From Escherichia coli (GTDB lineage: Bacteria; Pseudomonadota; Gammaproteobacteria; Enterobacterales; Enterobacteriaceae), in assembly GCF_046105845.1 (NCBI RefSeq), contig NZ_CP151004.1: a stretch of 64,000 nucleotides of DNA. One strand, written 5' to 3'. A model generated the notes under the pieces. The model did no database searches, was not told the origin of the DNA, and saw only the letters and a program-made list of their open reading frames with translations. The position numbers and the translations under genes were made by a program. Shown here piece by piece: positions 62,618 through 64,000 of the stretch. How positions within the stretch are numbered: the stretch's first letter is position 1; each line of letters opens with the position of its first letter.

Positions 62618-63409
62618 TTACAAAATGCCGAATGCGGAACAAACAATAGAGAGCACAAAAGTCACGCCGATTAACAGCACCGGATGCGCTTTTTTCACCC
62701 GCAGGAAGTAATACATCAGCAGGGTGTAGGCCATCGGTAAAATGTTCGGGAAGACTTTATCGAAGAAATCCTGTTGCAGCGCGACGCTGTGGGTACTGTC
62801 GATGGCAAACGATGTCACCACGTTAATATGCACATACGAAGCGATCAGCCCGCCGATTACCGTGATCCCGAGGATGGTTGCCGAACGAGCAATCATCTGC
62901 GAGTTCTCTCGCACTTTATCGATCGCCTTCACGCCGACTGAATAACCGACGTGGGTCCAGCCGACGCGCAGGAAGAAGATAAGCAGGTAAACGGCGAAAA
63001 ATAGAATCGGCCCCAGCAAGTTTCCCTGGCTGGCAAATGATGAGCAAATTCCCGCCATAATCGGCAATAAGGTAAACCAGAAAATCGCATCGCCAATCCC
63101 GGCGATTGGGCCAAACAGTGCCACTTTGAGGCCTTTAATGGTGTCGCGGTTTTCTCCTTTTTCTTCCATCGAAATTAATAACCCCATCAGGAATCCGACC
63201 AGATTCGGGTGGGTATTAATAAATTCGAGGTTATCTTTCATCGCCGCGCTTAGGCCCGGTTTGTCGTCCTTATAAATCTTTTTCAGGATCGGCAACATCG
63301 CCCAGGTAAAACCGCCCGCCTGCATCCTTTCGTAGTTAAAGCTTGCTTGTAGCAGTGACGAACGAAAGCCCAGACGGGTGATATCTTTTTTACTGATTTC
63401 AGATCCCAT
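62618..63409 (-). CDS. agaD: PTS N-acetylgalactosamine/galactosamine EIID component, 263 aa
   Basis: ORF 62618..63571; conserved start MGSEISKKDITRLGFRSSLLQASFNYERMQAGGFTWAM at ATG 63407-63409. Confidence 0.9.
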   Translation of the reverse strand: MGSEISKKDITRLGFRSSLLQASFNYERMQAGGFTWAMLPILKKIYKDDKPGLSAAMKDNLEFINTHPNLVGFLMGLLISMEEKGENRDTIKGLKVALFGPIAGIGDAIFWFTLLPIMAGICSSFASQGNLLGPILFFAVYLLIFFLRVGWTHVGYSVGVKAIDKVRENSQMIARSATILGITVIGGLIASYVHINVVTSFAIDSTHSVALQQDFFDKVFPNILPMAYTLLMYYFLRVKKAHPVLLIGVTFVLSIVCSAFGIL

Positions 63410-64000
63410 TGCTGTAGTCCTCTTCTTCATTTTTACTGGCAACGGGCTGCGGTTGCGCTTGCTGCCGGGATTTCGCATTGAAAAACTCATACACCGCAAA
63501 GCCTGCGCCCAGTACGGCAACCGGCAACAGGTTGCTGACCTGGATGTAGCAAACAAACAGGAAGCCGGCAATCAGGTAAGGGATATATTGCGCTTTGAAC
63601 ATCACGCGCAGCAGCAAGCCAAAACCAACGGCAGGCAGAATACCGCCAGCCACTTCAAAGCCGTGGGTCAGCCAGGCGGGCATCGCTTTCACCAGCGCCT
63701 GCATCGCCCCTTGTGCCAGGTAAGTACAGAGGAAAGCAATCACCGCATACGCTGAAGCAACGATGAGCATCGTTGTCCAGTTAAGTCGGGAAAACGCTGC
63801 CGTATCCGCTTCTTTCGCGCATTTATCGGCTTTGGTCATAAATAATGAGAAAGCAGAATAGAAGAACAGAATGACATACTGCATTAACAAACTAAACGGC
63901 AGGCCAAGACCAATTGCTGTTTTGGCATCAACGCCCGTAGACCATGCAATGACGGTGGTCATCAGACCCGCCATAATCGGGTTGGGCGGCTGAACACCAC
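63399..64000 (-). CDS. agaC: PTS EIIC component AgaC; N-terminus lies beyond the window end
   Basis: Hydrophobic multi-pass ORF running to the window edge, ending ...AKSRQQAQPQPVASKNEEEDYSNGI; stop overlaps the agaD start by about 11 nt. Confidence 0.85.
   Translation of the reverse strand, partial: GVQPPNPIMAGLMTTVIAWSTGVDAKTAIGLGLPFSLLMQYVILFFYSAFSLFMTKADKCAKEADTAAFSRLNWTTMLIVASAYAVIAFLCTYLAQGAMQALVKAMPAWLTHGFEVAGGILPAVGFGLLLRVMFKAQYIPYLIAGFLFVCYIQVSNLLPVAVLGAGFAVYEFFNAKSRQQAQPQPVASKNEEEDYSNGI

Overview
This 64 kb window reads as an Escherichia coli-type chromosomal segment, reverse-complemented relative to the usual K-12 orientation, running from ptsN to agaC. Gene calls rest on reading the six-frame track against remembered protein sequences and motifs; no alignments, GC calculations or database searches were run, and all comparisons with K-12 gene order are from memory. 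Where the ORF track begins at an upstream alternative start codon, I moved the start to the conserved one in multiples of three. About 60 housekeeping genes are present: the kdsD-kdsC-lptC-lptA-lptB-rpoN-hpf-ptsN operon, yrbG, mlaFEDCB, ibaG, murA, sfsB, ispB, rplU-rpmA, yhbE, obgE, dacB, greA, yhbY, rlmE-ftsH-folP-glmM, secG, tRNA-Leu (leuU), yhbX, argG, tRNA-fMet (metY), rimP-nusA-infB-rbfA-truB-rpsO-pnp, nlpI, deaD, mtr, yhbW, ubiV-ubiU/ubiT, yhbS/Q/P/O, yraR, yraQ, dolP, diaA, yraN, lpoA, rsmI, the yraHIJK chaperone-usher fimbrial operon and agaI-agaD-agaC. No CRISPR array, IS element, integrase or rRNA was seen. The most interesting region is a roughly 1.4 kb AT-rich two-gene islet between the convergent core genes mtr and yhbW: an orphan 176-aa protein divergently paired with a YafK/DpaA-like L,D-transpeptidase-fold protein, which I do not recall in K-12. 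Other points worth a second look are a deletion scar of a second mannose-family PTS operon downstream of agaI, a hairpin plus G-quadruplex-type element between yraQ and dolP, and the low-GC yhbX and yraHIJK islands.
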